In this document: one piece after another, positions 8,888 to 18,681 of the stretch
How positions within the stretch are numbered: position 1 is the first letter of the stretch
How the letters are laid out: the number at the start of each line of letters is the position of its first letter
DNA from: an uncultured Gammaproteobacteria bacterium
GTDB taxonomy: Bacteria > Patescibacteriota > Microgenomatia > Daviesbacterales > UBA10151
Reading direction: 5' to 3'
Assembly: GCA_964394855.1 (NCBI GenBank)
Contig: CAYMZD010000001.1
Span: 40,340 to 104,339 of the forward strand
DNA: 64,000 bases
Notes under the pieces: generated by a model
What the model was told of the DNA's origin: nothing
Databases searched by the model: none
What the model saw: only the letters and a program-made list of their open reading frames with translations
Translations under genes and position numbers: made by a program

Positions 8888-9538
8888 ATGCCCAAAATAA
8901 TTTTGTTAGGTTTAGCAGTGGCTGCTGTGGTATTTTTTTCCAAAACTTTAAATTTAGATTTTTTAAAAAAGCAGCCCAATTTAACTTCTCCTGCCACATC
9001 TTTCACTTCACAAAAAAGTCAGCTTTATACCAATAAAGAGGTGGGGATGACGCTAGAGATTCCCACCGGCTTCACTATATTTGAAGAAAGTGAAGCAGAT
9101 TATTATCAGAAAAGTAAGGCAAATTTTAGAAAAAACTTTACCGGGTATGTCGGTTTCGCACCCCCCCAAGTTATTAAAACTTTCTACTTAAAAGGTCATA
9201 CCGATAACCTGGCCAGTCTTTATGACTCATCTCATTTTAGTCTATGGGTATTTGAAAATGCTGATAATTTAACCATCGGCGAGTGGTATAAAAACTTTTG
9301 GTATTATCCCTTTGTGTGGGGGGAATTTACCGAGCCGATGAAAGGTAGTCATGGCCCAAATCTAGAAGCCACCATTGCCGGACAATTGGCCAAATATAAT
9401 ATAATTTCCTACCAGCCTGGTAAACCAAAATTCTATTATCTAGCCACCAAAAACAGGATGTTTTTATTTAGAATTTTAGATTCCCAGGAAAAAGATATCG
9501 GTTTTAAAGTTTTATCTAGTTTTAAGATGGGGGAGTAA
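8888..9538 (+). CDS. Hypothetical exported or membrane protein
   Basis: N-terminal hydrophobic segment. No recognisable motif. Confidence 0.4.
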   Translation: MPKIILLGLAVAAVVFFSKTLNLDFLKKQPNLTSPATSFTSQKSQLYTNKEVGMTLEIPTGFTIFEESEADYYQKSKANFRKNFTGYVGFAPPQVIKTFYLKGHTDNLASLYDSSHFSLWVFENADNLTIGEWYKNFWYYPFVWGEFTEPMKGSHGPNLEATIAGQLAKYNIISYQPGKPKFYYLATKNRMFLFRILDSQEKDIGFKVLSSFKMGE

Positions 9539-10523
9539 AAGTGGCAATGGCAGCCCCCAAATAATCCCCAGGCATGTACCCTTTTCTTCGCACATCAGGA
9601 ATCCAAAATTCTTGTCCATCCTTATCTGGTTCAATAAAGCCTGCTTCCACTTGATACACCCAATATGCTTCTTCCCTCTTTTCATCTACCACCAAGATAG
9701 GTTCTTTTAGCACCCTGACCAAGTCTCTATTTCTAACATAAGGCCAACTAGGATCTTTGTCTGAACTGGAGCTAGGTCTTAATAACACCCCAAAGGTTTT
9801 GGGGTCATAGCTTTCCTCATCATCCTCCACTTTTATAATTGAGTTCACCAGATACCTTCTCAATTCTTTGGGAATGGCCTTAATGGAGAAATCAGCTCCC
9901 AGGAAACTACCCATAAAATCATACCTTGCCTGCAAAACCGAAGCTTCGCCTTGATAGCCTGTGGCTTGAAGATAAAGAATTCTTCTTCTAAACCAAGTAC
10001 CGTTATCAAGATATTTACTGAAAGTCCAAGCAAAATTATCCCAATCCATGATAAAGGGAGCAAGAAAACTATCCACTTCAGTCAGTCTGGTATTTCTAAT
10101 AGAGGCGGCATTTTTAAAGATAGCCTCATCAACTGCTTTTCTGTAGCCATCCAATAATGCTGGCTCCTGTCTTAAATAATACCAACCTAAAGAAACAAAG
10201 GGGTGAGCATTTATTCCCAGATGTAAAACGTCCACATCGGCAATGGGCATTCTGTAATCAGCTACCACCACAGTCTCACCAGGGACTTGCTTACCTGTTT
10301 GTTCCAAAGTTTGTAAGGCTTGCCGAAGAAGTGTTAAATATGTAGCCAGAACAGTTGGTTTTTGGTCAACAGATTGTTCCGGTGGAGTAGGGGTCACTGG
10401 AGCTGCGGGGTGAGTTTGGGCTGGAGGTATACCCTCATTTGGTGAATGAAGAAGCCACACTGTACCTGCGGCCAAAGCCAAAGTACCAAGCGCGCCCCAT
10501 TTAACTTTTGCTTCAACAGCCAT
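9522..10523 (-). CDS. Hypothetical secreted protein
   Basis: Signal-peptide-like N-terminus and a Pro/Thr-rich linker. No motif recognised. Confidence 0.4.
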   Translation of the reverse strand: MAVEAKVKWGALGTLALAAGTVWLLHSPNEGIPPAQTHPAAPVTPTPPEQSVDQKPTVLATYLTLLRQALQTLEQTGKQVPGETVVVADYRMPIADVDVLHLGINAHPFVSLGWYYLRQEPALLDGYRKAVDEAIFKNAASIRNTRLTEVDSFLAPFIMDWDNFAWTFSKYLDNGTWFRRRILYLQATGYQGEASVLQARYDFMGSFLGADFSIKAIPKELRRYLVNSIIKVEDDEESYDPKTFGVLLRPSSSSDKDPSWPYVRNRDLVRVLKEPILVVDEKREEAYWVYQVEAGFIEPDKDGQEFWIPDVRRKGYMPGDYLGAAIATFTPPS

Positions 10524-10540
10524 AATTTGAGCAGATTATA

Positions 10541-11284
10541 TCATACCCCTAAATATTGGGCCAAAAACCTGCGGAAAATTGCCTGGCGATCAAACATTAA
10601 ATAAGCTAAACGCAGCATTTCTTTCCTTTTTCTGACCTGCAACTCCTCTGAATGGCTAAATCTGGCTATTACTGGTTTAAAACGGCCGTCTCTGCTCAAT
10701 AACACATCTTCTGCCAGCAAAGGAGTCACCTTCAAACCAAAACTTTCTGTCAAATACAAGGCAGCCCTCATATGATATCTGCTGGTCAAAAGCAAAATTT
10801 TTCTCCACTCATATTCTCTGGCTAACCTGGCTAGTTCTATTATATTGGTGTCTGTGTGTTGAGATCGTTCCTCTACAACTATCGCTGGCAAGGGTATTTG
10901 ACTAAAAGCTCCCTCTGCCGCCAGATATTTTCTTCCTAGGAAAGTTTGCATCACCCCTGCAGCAGAAGGAGACAAAGGATCTACCCTACCTCCCAAAAAG
11001 ACCAGATTTTGAGCTAGTCCTTGTCTATATGCTTCTGCAGCCGCTATCGCTCTCATTTTACCCACAAAATCAGGTTCAGCTTCAACTTTATTATTTTTCC
11101 TGGCACTACCTGCACCTAAAGTAGCTATCACATCAAAGTCAGCTTCTTTAGGGGAACTGCCTATTTGACCATCAACTGATGCTAAAGCCAGATAGTTACG
11201 GGCAATGTGAGGAAGAGTTACCCCTAAAATAGTACCTGCAGCTGTTAATTTAAAAAGCGTTCTTCTTGATAACCGTTCCATCAA
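10541..11284 (-). CDS. DUF218 (YdcF/ElyC-like) family protein
   Basis: Tat/Sec-like N-terminus. The SRYHMRAALYL motif is characteristic of DUF218. Confidence 0.5.
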   Translation of the reverse strand: MMERLSRRTLFKLTAAGTILGVTLPHIARNYLALASVDGQIGSSPKEADFDVIATLGAGSARKNNKVEAEPDFVGKMRAIAAAEAYRQGLAQNLVFLGGRVDPLSPSAAGVMQTFLGRKYLAAEGAFSQIPLPAIVVEERSQHTDTNIIELARLAREYEWRKILLLTSRYHMRAALYLTESFGLKVTPLLAEDVLLSRDGRFKPVIARFSHSEELQVRKRKEMLRLAYLMFDRQAIFRRFLAQYLGV

Positions 11285-11326
11285 TACATACCATCTTAGC
11301 CAAAAATCAAGTAAAATTAAATAGTC

Positions 11327-12208
11327 ATGAAAATATTTTTCTTAGCTTTTTTAATAATAATATTTTTAGTGCTGGCTATAACCTCTTATCCCATCTCCTT
11401 TTCCCGTTGCGATCAACCAGTTCGCTTTAAAATTGAATTTGTTGACAAAAGATTTAATTTATCACGGGATGAATTTTTGGCTCGTGTCCAAGAAGGAGCA
11501 GATATTTGGAACAGAGCCTTTGGCAAAACTTTATTTACCTATTCCCCTCAAGGACCCTTAAGAATAAGCTTGGTGTTTGATGAACGCCAAGCCTTAACCA
11601 ATCAAATCAACCAACTGGAAGGTGAGCTAAAAAGCAATCAAAACGTACTTCAACCCCAAGTGGCAGAATATGAGCAAAAAGCTGAAAAATTTAAAAAACG
11701 CCTGGCCATTTTAAATGAAACTATTGATACCTGGAATAGACAGGGTGGAGCACCGCCAGCTGAATATAACAAACTGATAAAAGAGCAGGAAAGCTTAAAA
11801 AAAGAGGCAGAAAGTTTAAATGCCATGGCTAAATTGTTAAATCTTTCAGCTGTCACTTATAATGCCCAGGTTGATAAACTCAATCAGACAGTTGATACTT
11901 TTAACCAAACACTGGAGGATAAACCAGAGGAAGGTCTTTTCGACCCGGAAACTAAACAAATTAAGGTCTATTTTAACAGTAACTCCCAAGAACTCCTGCA
12001 TACCCTGGCTCACGAATTTGGTCATGTTTTGGGCTTACAACATCTGTCCAGCAAAAGCGATATCATGTATGCTTTTAGTACCAAAGTAACACAACCTTCT
12101 GAAAATGATCTCCTGGCCTTAAAAAATATCTGCCGTCCTTTCAATGTCAGGGAAATTATTCAGTTTAATCTTTTTAATCTGCTTACACCACAATATCGTC
12201 TATATTGA
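11327..12208 (+). CDS. Secreted zinc metalloprotease (metzincin-like) with central coiled coil
   Basis: HEFGHVLGLQH (HExxHxxGxxH) zinc-binding motif followed by a Met-turn candidate (DIMY). Signal/TM N-terminus. Confidence 0.65.
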   Translation: MKIFFLAFLIIIFLVLAITSYPISFSRCDQPVRFKIEFVDKRFNLSRDEFLARVQEGADIWNRAFGKTLFTYSPQGPLRISLVFDERQALTNQINQLEGELKSNQNVLQPQVAEYEQKAEKFKKRLAILNETIDTWNRQGGAPPAEYNKLIKEQESLKKEAESLNAMAKLLNLSAVTYNAQVDKLNQTVDTFNQTLEDKPEEGLFDPETKQIKVYFNSNSQELLHTLAHEFGHVLGLQHLSSKSDIMYAFSTKVTQPSENDLLALKNICRPFNVREIIQFNLFNLLTPQYRLY

Positions 12209-12264
12209 CTTTTAACAAAAGTTTGTGTCTACAATGGAGGTAGGGAGGAGGTGGTAAAGACAAA

Positions 12265-12459
12265 ATGGCGACAGTTGATCAAGTAGCAAATCTTTTAGTG
12301 GTGGTTGGTGCCTTGAATTGGGGTTTGGTAGGTTTATTAAACCTAAATTTAGTGAGTAGTTTATTGGGAGCTGGCTCAACTTTGGAAAAAGTTGTCTATG
12401 TCTTGGTAGGAGCGGCTGGACTTTGGGTGCTTTGGAAATGGTTTGGCGGAAAGAAATAA
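12265..12459 (+). CDS. Small membrane protein, DUF378-like
   Basis: GALNWGLVGLL motif and two TM helices. Strong GGAGG RBS upstream. Confidence 0.5.
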   Translation: MATVDQVANLLVVVGALNWGLVGLLNLNLVSSLLGAGSTLEKVVYVLVGAAGLWVLWKWFGGKK

Positions 12460-12503
12460 TTTAGGTTAATGTTATTATTTTTGCAGATTAAGTTCTGCTT
12501 TTA

Positions 12504-12532
12504 AAATCCCTCGCATTGGGCGGGGGATTTTT
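12504..12532. terminator. Bidirectional intrinsic terminator hairpin (AAAATCCC...GGGGATTTT)
   Basis: Perfect 8-9 bp GC-containing inverted repeat with flanking A/T runs. It lies between convergent DUF378 and tRNA-Gly genes. Confidence 0.55.
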
Positions 12533-12536
12533 ATGG

Positions 12537-12608
12537 AGCGGGCGATGGGACTCGCACCCACGACCTTCTCGTTGGCAACGAGACATTCTACTGCTGAACT
12601 ACGCCCGC
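12537..12608 (-). tRNA. tRNA-Gly (anticodon GCC)
   Basis: Acceptor GCGGGCG/CGCCCGC, anticodon stem TCTCG/CGAGA with loop TTGCCAA, discriminator U. Confidence 0.8.
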
Positions 12609-12626
12609 ACTGAGCATGTCGAAGTG

Positions 12627-12699
12627 TGCCGAAGCGGTGAATCGAACACCGATAAGACGCTCTTCAAGCGCCCGCCTTGACCACATTGGCAACTTCGGC
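12627..12699 (-). tRNA. tRNA-Phe (anticodon GAA)
   Basis: Acceptor GCCGAAG/CTTCGGC, anticodon loop TTGAAGA, T arm CGGTG-TTCGATT-CACCG, discriminator A. Confidence 0.8.
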
Positions 12700-12715
12700 T
12701 TGAGCATATTTTAAA

Positions 12716-12919
12716 CTATTTCCTGAAAAAATTAAAGAACATGGTTAAAATTACCGAAATGATAATTGAGGAAACCCAGGGGATGTAGACTTTTACACCT
12801 GGGCGATCAATATAAATATCCCCGGGGATTTTGGGTAACCCTCCCACTAAATTCCACAGCAACCCCAACAGTAGAAATACCACTCCCAAAAGCGTCAAAA
12901 TTTTACCAATATCTTCCAT
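12716..12919 (-). CDS. Small membrane protein, DUF2905-like
   Basis: 67 aa with two TM helices and an LPKIPGDIYIDRPGVKVYIP motif. Confidence 0.45.
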   Translation of the reverse strand: MEDIGKILTLLGVVFLLLGLLWNLVGGLPKIPGDIYIDRPGVKVYIPWVSSIIISVILTMFFNFFRK

Positions 12920-12989
12920 TAATAAATTATATCATGCCTGACTTGACATGGGTAATTTAGTTTCTTTATAATAATACTATACTACTATT

Positions 12990-13370
12990 ATGCCGACTGA
13001 TAATGAGGGGAGAGACAACGGAGCTGATCTACCTCTTCCAGAAACGGCCCCTGCACACAAAGCGCCTCCAATAAATGTCATAGCAGAGGATGATAGAACA
13101 ATCACCTTGCAATATCCCAATGGTGATCAAAGAAGAGTCAGTAAAGAGTGGCTTCAAGCAGAATTACAAAATAGACGGCCAATATTGGCGCAAACCAAAG
13201 GAGTTTTTGTTGTTCAAGAACTAGACGGTACTACCTCGGTAGTACCGAAGAAGCAGGAACTAAAACCAGCTGAAATCTATCCCGGGGAAATAGTGGCGGG
13301 ACAAACACCTACCCACTGGGTTATTGACTCTAACGGCTCTCAATTTCTTCAACCAAAACGTTTTTATTAA
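12990..13370 (+). CDS. Hypothetical protein
   Basis: ORF only. Confidence 0.35.
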   Translation: MPTDNEGRDNGADLPLPETAPAHKAPPINVIAEDDRTITLQYPNGDQRRVSKEWLQAELQNRRPILAQTKGVFVVQELDGTTSVVPKKQELKPAEIYPGEIVAGQTPTHWVIDSNGSQFLQPKRFY

Positions 13371-13372
13371 TA

Positions 13373-13449
13373 TGGTGGACTCGAGAGGACTTGAACCTCT
13401 GACCTTCTCGGTGTAAACGAGACGCTCTAGCCAACTGAGCTACGAGTCC
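13373..13449 (-). tRNA. tRNA-Val (anticodon TAC), CCA encoded
   Basis: GGACTCG acceptor, anticodon loop TTTACAC, T arm GAGG-TTCAAGT-CCTC, 3' CCA present. Confidence 0.85.
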
Positions 13450-13450
13450 T

Positions 13451-13536
13451 TGGTGCCGGGGACAGGACTTGAACCTGCACGCCTTTGGGGCACAGCCACC
13501 TCAAGGCTGCGTGTATACCAATTTCACCACCCCGGC
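13451..13536 (-). tRNA. tRNA-Leu (anticodon GAG), long variable arm, CCA encoded
   Basis: Acceptor GCCGGGG/CCCCGGC, anticodon stem CAGCC/GGCTG with loop TTGAGGT, long variable arm. Confidence 0.8.
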
Positions 13537-13585
13537 TTAGGTTTACCCCGAGCACTTCGGTACACTCAGTGTAAACTTGTCTAGG

Positions 13586-13670
13586 GGTGCCCAGGAGAGG
13601 AGTCGAACCTCCACGCCATTGCTGGCACTGGTTCCTGAAACCAGCCTGTCTACCATTCCAGCACCTGGGC
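13586..13670 (-). tRNA. tRNA-Leu (anticodon CAG), long variable arm
   Basis: Acceptor GCCCAGG/CCTGGGC, anticodon stem CTGGT/ACCAG with loop TTCAGGA, T arm GGAGG-TTCGACT-CCTC. Confidence 0.8.
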
Positions 13671-13726
13671 TTAACTTTCATATTTTAGCGTATTTTGACA
13701 TTGTATGCTATTCTTTAAATACAAAA

Positions 13727-14725
13727 ATGGACCAGCAAAGAATTGTCACCTTGGGAGGAGGAACTGGTCAATTTTATCTACTGTCCGGTTTAAGAGAACT
13801 GAATTCCCCATCCTTAATCACAGCCATTGCCGGTAACTGGGATTCGGGTGGTTCATCCGGCAGGTTGCGAACCGAGCTGGGAGTACTGCCTCCGGGTGAT
13901 ATCAGAAGATGTGTGCTGGCCTTAATGGAAGATGAGCAGCAGCGCAGGATAGCCCAAAGCCTTTTTGATGATCGTTTAGAAGAGGTCAACGGCCCCTTAA
14001 AAGGACACAGTCTGGGAAATTTAATCAGTGTCCGCTTAGACCATATTTTCCGTGGCCAGGATCGTGGCACTGATGCCCTAAGAAAACTTTTTCGCATTCA
14101 AGCTCAAATTTTACCGGTCAGCCTTAATGATTTACAGCTTTTAAGCACAACCCAAAAGGGGATTGTTATTGAAGGTGAGGCCAATTTGGACCTAAGAAGA
14201 AAAAGGCAGGATTTTGATCCTCAAGATAGAATCATCAGAATTTATTTTAATACCAGAGCCGATCCCAACCCGGCAGCTCTTCTGGCCATTCAAAAAGCCG
14301 AGAAGATTGTTTTCTCGGCCGGTGATTTATACACCAGTGTTTTACCTCACCTGCTGGTTGATAAAATAGCCAAGGCTATTTTGAAATCTAAAGCCAAGTT
14401 AATTTTTGTGCTTAACTTGATGACCAAAAAGGGGGAAACTGATTTTTACAAAGCCTCTGACCATTTAAAGACTTTTCTTTTTTACTTGGGAGATAGAAAT
14501 AGGTTAGATTATATAATTACCAATAGCAAGCATTTAGAAGAAGAGATCTTACAGATTTACGAGCAGGTTGATCAGGAACCGGTTCAACTGGATGTGAGAA
14601 ATTGCCTTGATCTGGCACCTCGGGTCAAGATTATCAAAAAACCTTTGGCTAGGTATTTACACAAAGAGCACTTGTTAAGACATGACCCAGCAAGATTAGC
14701 CAGGGCAGTTTTAGAACTAAACTAA
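13727..14725 (+). CDS. YvcK/CofD-like (UPF0052, gluconeogenesis factor family) protein. The start was moved past the tRNA to MDQQRIV.
   Basis: N-terminal LGGGTGQFYLLSGL glycine-rich motif typical of the YvcK/CofD family. Confidence 0.6.
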   Translation: MDQQRIVTLGGGTGQFYLLSGLRELNSPSLITAIAGNWDSGGSSGRLRTELGVLPPGDIRRCVLALMEDEQQRRIAQSLFDDRLEEVNGPLKGHSLGNLISVRLDHIFRGQDRGTDALRKLFRIQAQILPVSLNDLQLLSTTQKGIVIEGEANLDLRRKRQDFDPQDRIIRIYFNTRADPNPAALLAIQKAEKIVFSAGDLYTSVLPHLLVDKIAKAILKSKAKLIFVLNLMTKKGETDFYKASDHLKTFLFYLGDRNRLDYIITNSKHLEEEILQIYEQVDQEPVQLDVRNCLDLAPRVKIIKKPLARYLHKEHLLRHDPARLARAVLELN

Positions 14726-14783
14726 TATCCTGTAGTATTTGACTTTCTGCTTAAAATTTGTTATAATTCCCCTTACAAAAATT

Positions 14784-15359
14784 ATGAATAAACTTAAATT
14801 ATTATTAATACCAGTATTACTTTTGACTTTAAATATACTTCCCCCAGAAAGGCCAGTTTCGCCTCTTCAAAATAGCAAAAATATTGAGGCTAAAAAGCTA
14901 GATCAAAGAGCCAGAATTTTGGCTGATTATTTTGCCTCTTATAATTCACCCTTGCAGTACCAAGCACAGGATTTTATTGAAGCTGCCGATACTTATGGAG
15001 TGGATTGGAAACTAGTTCCGGCTATTTCCGGAGTGGAGTCAACTTTTGGTAGGAAGGCTTATGGATATAATGCTTGGGGATGGGGGATTTATGGAAATCA
15101 GGCTTTGGGGTTTAAATCATGGAAAGATGGCATTTATACAGTGACTGGCGGTTTGAGGAAAAACTATCTTGACAAGGGCTTAAAAGATCCTTATGCCATT
15201 AATAAGATTTATGCTGCCTCTCCTTCTTGGGGATGGAAGGTATCATATTTTATGCAAGATTTGGAAAACTTTATTCAAAAAAAACAACCACGGGCCACTG
15301 GTACTAATCAGCTGGTAAAAACAGCAGCCCCTTCGGCCACGCTGGCATATCAGAATTAA
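14784..15359 (+). CDS. Secreted peptidoglycan hydrolase-like protein (glucosaminidase-like)
   Basis: Signal peptide. AISGVESTFGRKAYGYNAWGWG resembles the AxxESxxG core of glucosaminidase/FlgJ-type muramidases. Weak. Confidence 0.3.
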   Translation: MNKLKLLLIPVLLLTLNILPPERPVSPLQNSKNIEAKKLDQRARILADYFASYNSPLQYQAQDFIEAADTYGVDWKLVPAISGVESTFGRKAYGYNAWGWGIYGNQALGFKSWKDGIYTVTGGLRKNYLDKGLKDPYAINKIYAASPSWGWKVSYFMQDLENFIQKKQPRATGTNQLVKTAAPSATLAYQN

Positions 15360-15376
15360 ACTGCTATAATTTCAGC

Positions 15377-16666
15377 ATGAGATTACTCATCGCAATTCTA
15401 TTGGGAAAATTAATAGCCATCACTGTCCGAGGTTTTAGAATTGGTGGCGGTTCTGCTGCACCTGGACTTTGGGCCTTATTGATTGAACCTCATCTAGTTG
15501 AAAAGCTAATCAAGCAGATTCCCAAAAATGTGGTTATTACAGGCACCAATGGTAAAACCACCACAGCCAGAATATTGGCTCATTTGGCTAAAGAGGCAGG
15601 ATTAAAAGTTATCAGAAACCACACCGGCTCAAACTTGGAACGGGGCATTGCCTCTACACTAATTTCTAACTACCAGCTACTAACTACTAACTACCCACCT
15701 GATTTAGGGATTTGGGAACTGGATGAGGCGGCTTTTAACTCTGTTGTCCATAAAATCAAACCACAGGCGGTGGTTTTTTTGAATGTTTTCCGGGATCAAC
15801 TAGATAGATATGGCGAGATTGACACAGTGGTAAAAAATTGGTGTCAAACCCTGAAGTCTCTGAATAAAAAAACCGCGGTTTTAGTAAATGGTGATGATGC
15901 CAATACTTTGAAACTTCAGTCATGTTTTAAAGGCCAGGTGGAAACTTTTGGAGTGGAAGATTATAAAATTCATGGGGAAAACTTGGAACATAAAACCAAA
16001 AACTTGAAACTGGATTTTGAGGCTAAAGATGTTCTGGCAAATGGATTAAATAGCTTATCATTTCACATATCAAAATTTCTCGATCGAAGAAAAATGATAA
16101 ACATTTACGTAAAACTCCCTCTACCAGGATTTTATCATGTTTATGATGCCCTAGCTGCTATCGCTTCGGCCCATCTTTTGGGTTTCTCCACCCCTAAGTT
16201 AGTTAAGTCACTTAAGAATTTTTCTCCTGCTTTTGGCAGGGTGGAAAAATTACCATTTGGATTTATTTTTCTTATTAAAAATCCAGCCGGAGCAACCCAA
16301 GTTTTTGAAACAATTGCCCCAAATATCAAACAGGGAGATAGAGTTTTACTGGCTCTCAATGATAACTTGGCTGACGGAACAGATGTGTCTTGGATCTGGG
16401 ACAGCCAATTCGAACATCTTCCAAAGACTTATACTGTTGCATCAGGTAAAAGAGCCCATGATCTGGCTGTCCGCTTAAAATATGCCGGATTTGATCCTAA
16501 ACATATCCTAGTTGAACCTAACCTAAAAAAGGCTCTCAAAGAGGCTAGGACAGGCTTAAAAGGCCAGTTATTTATCTTACCTACTTATACTGCCATGCTG
16601 GAATTACAAGGTATTCTTGCCAAATCAGGCTTAAAGCCTCATTATTGGGAGGAAAACTTAAAATGA
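15377..16666 (+). CDS. murT: Lipid II isoglutaminyl synthase subunit MurT (Mur ligase central domain plus a DUF1727-like C-terminal domain)
   Basis: GTNGKTTT Mur-ligase P-loop. Sized and placed as the partner of the adjacent GatD homolog. Confidence 0.7.
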   Translation: MRLLIAILLGKLIAITVRGFRIGGGSAAPGLWALLIEPHLVEKLIKQIPKNVVITGTNGKTTTARILAHLAKEAGLKVIRNHTGSNLERGIASTLISNYQLLTTNYPPDLGIWELDEAAFNSVVHKIKPQAVVFLNVFRDQLDRYGEIDTVVKNWCQTLKSLNKKTAVLVNGDDANTLKLQSCFKGQVETFGVEDYKIHGENLEHKTKNLKLDFEAKDVLANGLNSLSFHISKFLDRRKMINIYVKLPLPGFYHVYDALAAIASAHLLGFSTPKLVKSLKNFSPAFGRVEKLPFGFIFLIKNPAGATQVFETIAPNIKQGDRVLLALNDNLADGTDVSWIWDSQFEHLPKTYTVASGKRAHDLAVRLKYAGFDPKHILVEPNLKKALKEARTGLKGQLFILPTYTAMLELQGILAKSGLKPHYWEENLK

Positions 16667-17391
16667 AGCTTATTATTGGTTATTTATATGGGAACTTAAT
16701 GAATATTTATGGAGACATGGGCAATATAATTGCTCTTAAAAAAAGGGCCCAGTGGAGAGGAATTGAGGTGAAAGTAGTTAATATTTCCTTAGGTGTCAAG
16801 CTATCCCACCCTCCAGGTGGGATAAAACCTGATATTTATTTTTTCGGAGGAGGGCAGGACCAGCAACAGGAAATAGTGGCAAATGATTTAAAAACAAAAG
16901 GTAAAATTATTAAGCAGGAGGTGGAAAGGGGAGTACCGCTTCTCTCGATTTGTGGAGGCTATCAACTGCTTGGAGAATACTATAAACCACACAAAGGACC
17001 AAAACTACCGGGCGTAGGACTATTTCCGGCTTATACCGCGGCCGGAGACAAAAGAATGATTGGCAATATTGTCATAGATTCTCAATTTGGAAAATTAGTC
17101 GGTTTTGAAAATCATTCAGGAAAAACATTTCTTAAAAAAGGAGCTCAATCTCTAGGGAAAGTAGTTAGGGGTTTTGGTAATAACGGAGAAGACCAAACAG
17201 AAGGCTGTATTTACAAAAATGCCATTGGCTGTTACATGCACGGCAGCTTACTTCCCAAAAATCCCCAGTTGGCTGACTGGCTACTACAAAAAGCCTTAGA
17301 AATTAAATATGGCCAGGAAATTGAGCTTCAACCCCTAGATGATATTTTAGAACTCCAAGCCCACCAAACAGCTATCAGCAAATTTGCTTGA
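16663..17391 (+). CDS. gatD: Lipid II isoglutaminyl synthase glutaminase subunit GatD (CobQ-type GATase)
   Basis: NLYGDMGNIIALKKRA, ICGGYQLLG, GFENHSGKT, GFGNN and YMHGSLLPKN segments parallel S. aureus GatD as recalled. Overlaps murT by 4 nt. Confidence 0.75.
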   Translation: MKLIIGYLYGNLMNIYGDMGNIIALKKRAQWRGIEVKVVNISLGVKLSHPPGGIKPDIYFFGGGQDQQQEIVANDLKTKGKIIKQEVERGVPLLSICGGYQLLGEYYKPHKGPKLPGVGLFPAYTAAGDKRMIGNIVIDSQFGKLVGFENHSGKTFLKKGAQSLGKVVRGFGNNGEDQTEGCIYKNAIGCYMHGSLLPKNPQLADWLLQKALEIKYGQEIELQPLDDILELQAHQTAISKFA

Positions 17392-17866
17392 CAACACCAA
17401 ATTCCACTGCTATTATCAAAACATGGCTGCTGAACAACAGGAAGCTGAATTAAAAGTTTCCAGGCAAAGGCTTCAGGATATTGTTAATACCCGTGTAGAA
17501 ATCCCAGCTCAAACCCTTTTTGAATCCGTACAGGAAGTTTTACAAGTCCGGGGAGGAGAAAGGTGGAACCTACTCGATGAACTGATGCTCTTAACACCAG
17601 CAGGAATAGATGTATTTGTGGGCTGGAGAGAAAAATCGCCAGCATATCCATGGGATACCACCAATATAGGAACATACGATGAGGGTGCAGCACATAATTA
17701 TGAAGTAAGGCATGAGGAGGGCCAATCTGAAGTTTATATGTTATATGAAATAACCAATTTAGATACAAGAGAAGGAAACGCGGTTAGCAATTCCGGTAAC
17801 CTGGCTCCAGCCAGGCTCTTGAGTATTCTAGCTGATGCCCACATGCATACACCCTTGGAATCCTAA
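17384..17866 (+). CDS. Hypothetical protein
   Basis: ORF only. Confidence 0.35.
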   Translation: MLDNTKFHCYYQNMAAEQQEAELKVSRQRLQDIVNTRVEIPAQTLFESVQEVLQVRGGERWNLLDELMLLTPAGIDVFVGWREKSPAYPWDTTNIGTYDEGAAHNYEVRHEEGQSEVYMLYEITNLDTREGNAVSNSGNLAPARLLSILADAHMHTPLES

Positions 17867-17870
17867 AAAG

Positions 17871-17951
17871 TGCCCAGGAGAGGAGTCGAACCTCCACCCC
17901 TTGCGGGACATGGTCCTAAACCATGCGCGTCTGCCATTCCGCCACCTGGGC
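17871..17951 (-). tRNA. tRNA-Leu (anticodon TAG), long variable arm
   Basis: Acceptor GCCCAGG/CCTGGGC, anticodon stem CATGG/CCATG with loop TTTAGGA. The T arm is identical to that of tRNA-Leu(CAG). Confidence 0.8.
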
Positions 17952-18013
17952 TTAAGTTATATTTTACACCAAATTTGACTTCTTGACTAAAAGTTGTAAA
18001 ATAAAGCTCATAA

Positions 18014-18670
18014 ATGAGCAGTTTAACCAAAAACCCTACCAAAAAAATTCCCGGCTGGAAGCTTCCAGGTGCTATTGGCTGGGAAGGATGGCCTGATGCT
18101 GTTGACGTAGAAACTGAAATCTCCAGAGAACCAGAACCTGTTCTTGATCCTGCTAAAAAGGTCTTGGGAACCTTATTTTTTAACACTCCTACTGTTTTTG
18201 ACGCAATTTTGGATATTATTCCTTCCTATATATTACAAAAAGAACCGGCTCCACCTCCCAGCCCAGAAGCAGAGCAGAAAAGAGCAGAAGGAAGTTTTAT
18301 GAGAGAGAGAACCCAAAGATTGACCGCAGAAATTAGAGAGGTGAAAGTAGCTAAACACCAAGAAGTGGCAGCAACAGCCCAACGGGTTTCCGACGGAGCA
18401 ATAAGTTATCTAGATGTACTTAGGGAGGTTTTTGTTAACACTGTACCACTTCAACCAAGCCAACCAACTAATGAAGGTCCAGCAAGTATTGGAAAAAATG
18501 AAGTAATGGTGGTTTGGCAAAAAAGACAAGCTCAAATGAAAGAGGCAGAAAAAGCACAGCAGACAGAAAAATTGGTTTCAGTAAAGCCTAGTAGAGGATT
18601 TACCATGGGTCAAGGAGAGCTGCTAAAGGGTGGAGAAAACCCACAACACTTTACCAGAAGTGCTGGCTAA
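18014..18670 (+). CDS. Hypothetical protein
   Basis: ORF only. Pro-rich middle, charged C-terminal half. Confidence 0.35.
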   Translation: MSSLTKNPTKKIPGWKLPGAIGWEGWPDAVDVETEISREPEPVLDPAKKVLGTLFFNTPTVFDAILDIIPSYILQKEPAPPPSPEAEQKRAEGSFMRERTQRLTAEIREVKVAKHQEVAATAQRVSDGAISYLDVLREVFVNTVPLQPSQPTNEGPASIGKNEVMVVWQKRQAQMKEAEKAQQTEKLVSVKPSRGFTMGQGELLKGGENPQHFTRSAG

Positions 18671-18681
18671 TTTTCCCTGAT

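Noticed and set aside
13427-13681. ORF-track entries overlapping tRNA genes (13427-13681 minus, 17863-18186 minus, 28857-29063 minus, 28942-29157 minus, 3200-3409 minus, and the 5' parts of 3237-4130 and 13577-14725)
   Set aside because: They are superimposed on well-formed tRNA cloverleaves. Adjacent real genes were given downstream starts instead.
15661-15700. AACTAC(T/C) short tandem repeat inside murT
   Set aside because: Only about 3 imperfect units encoding an ordinary low-complexity linker (YQLLTTNYPP). Unlike the perfect (CGACTAC)x5, it is unlikely to be slippage-prone.
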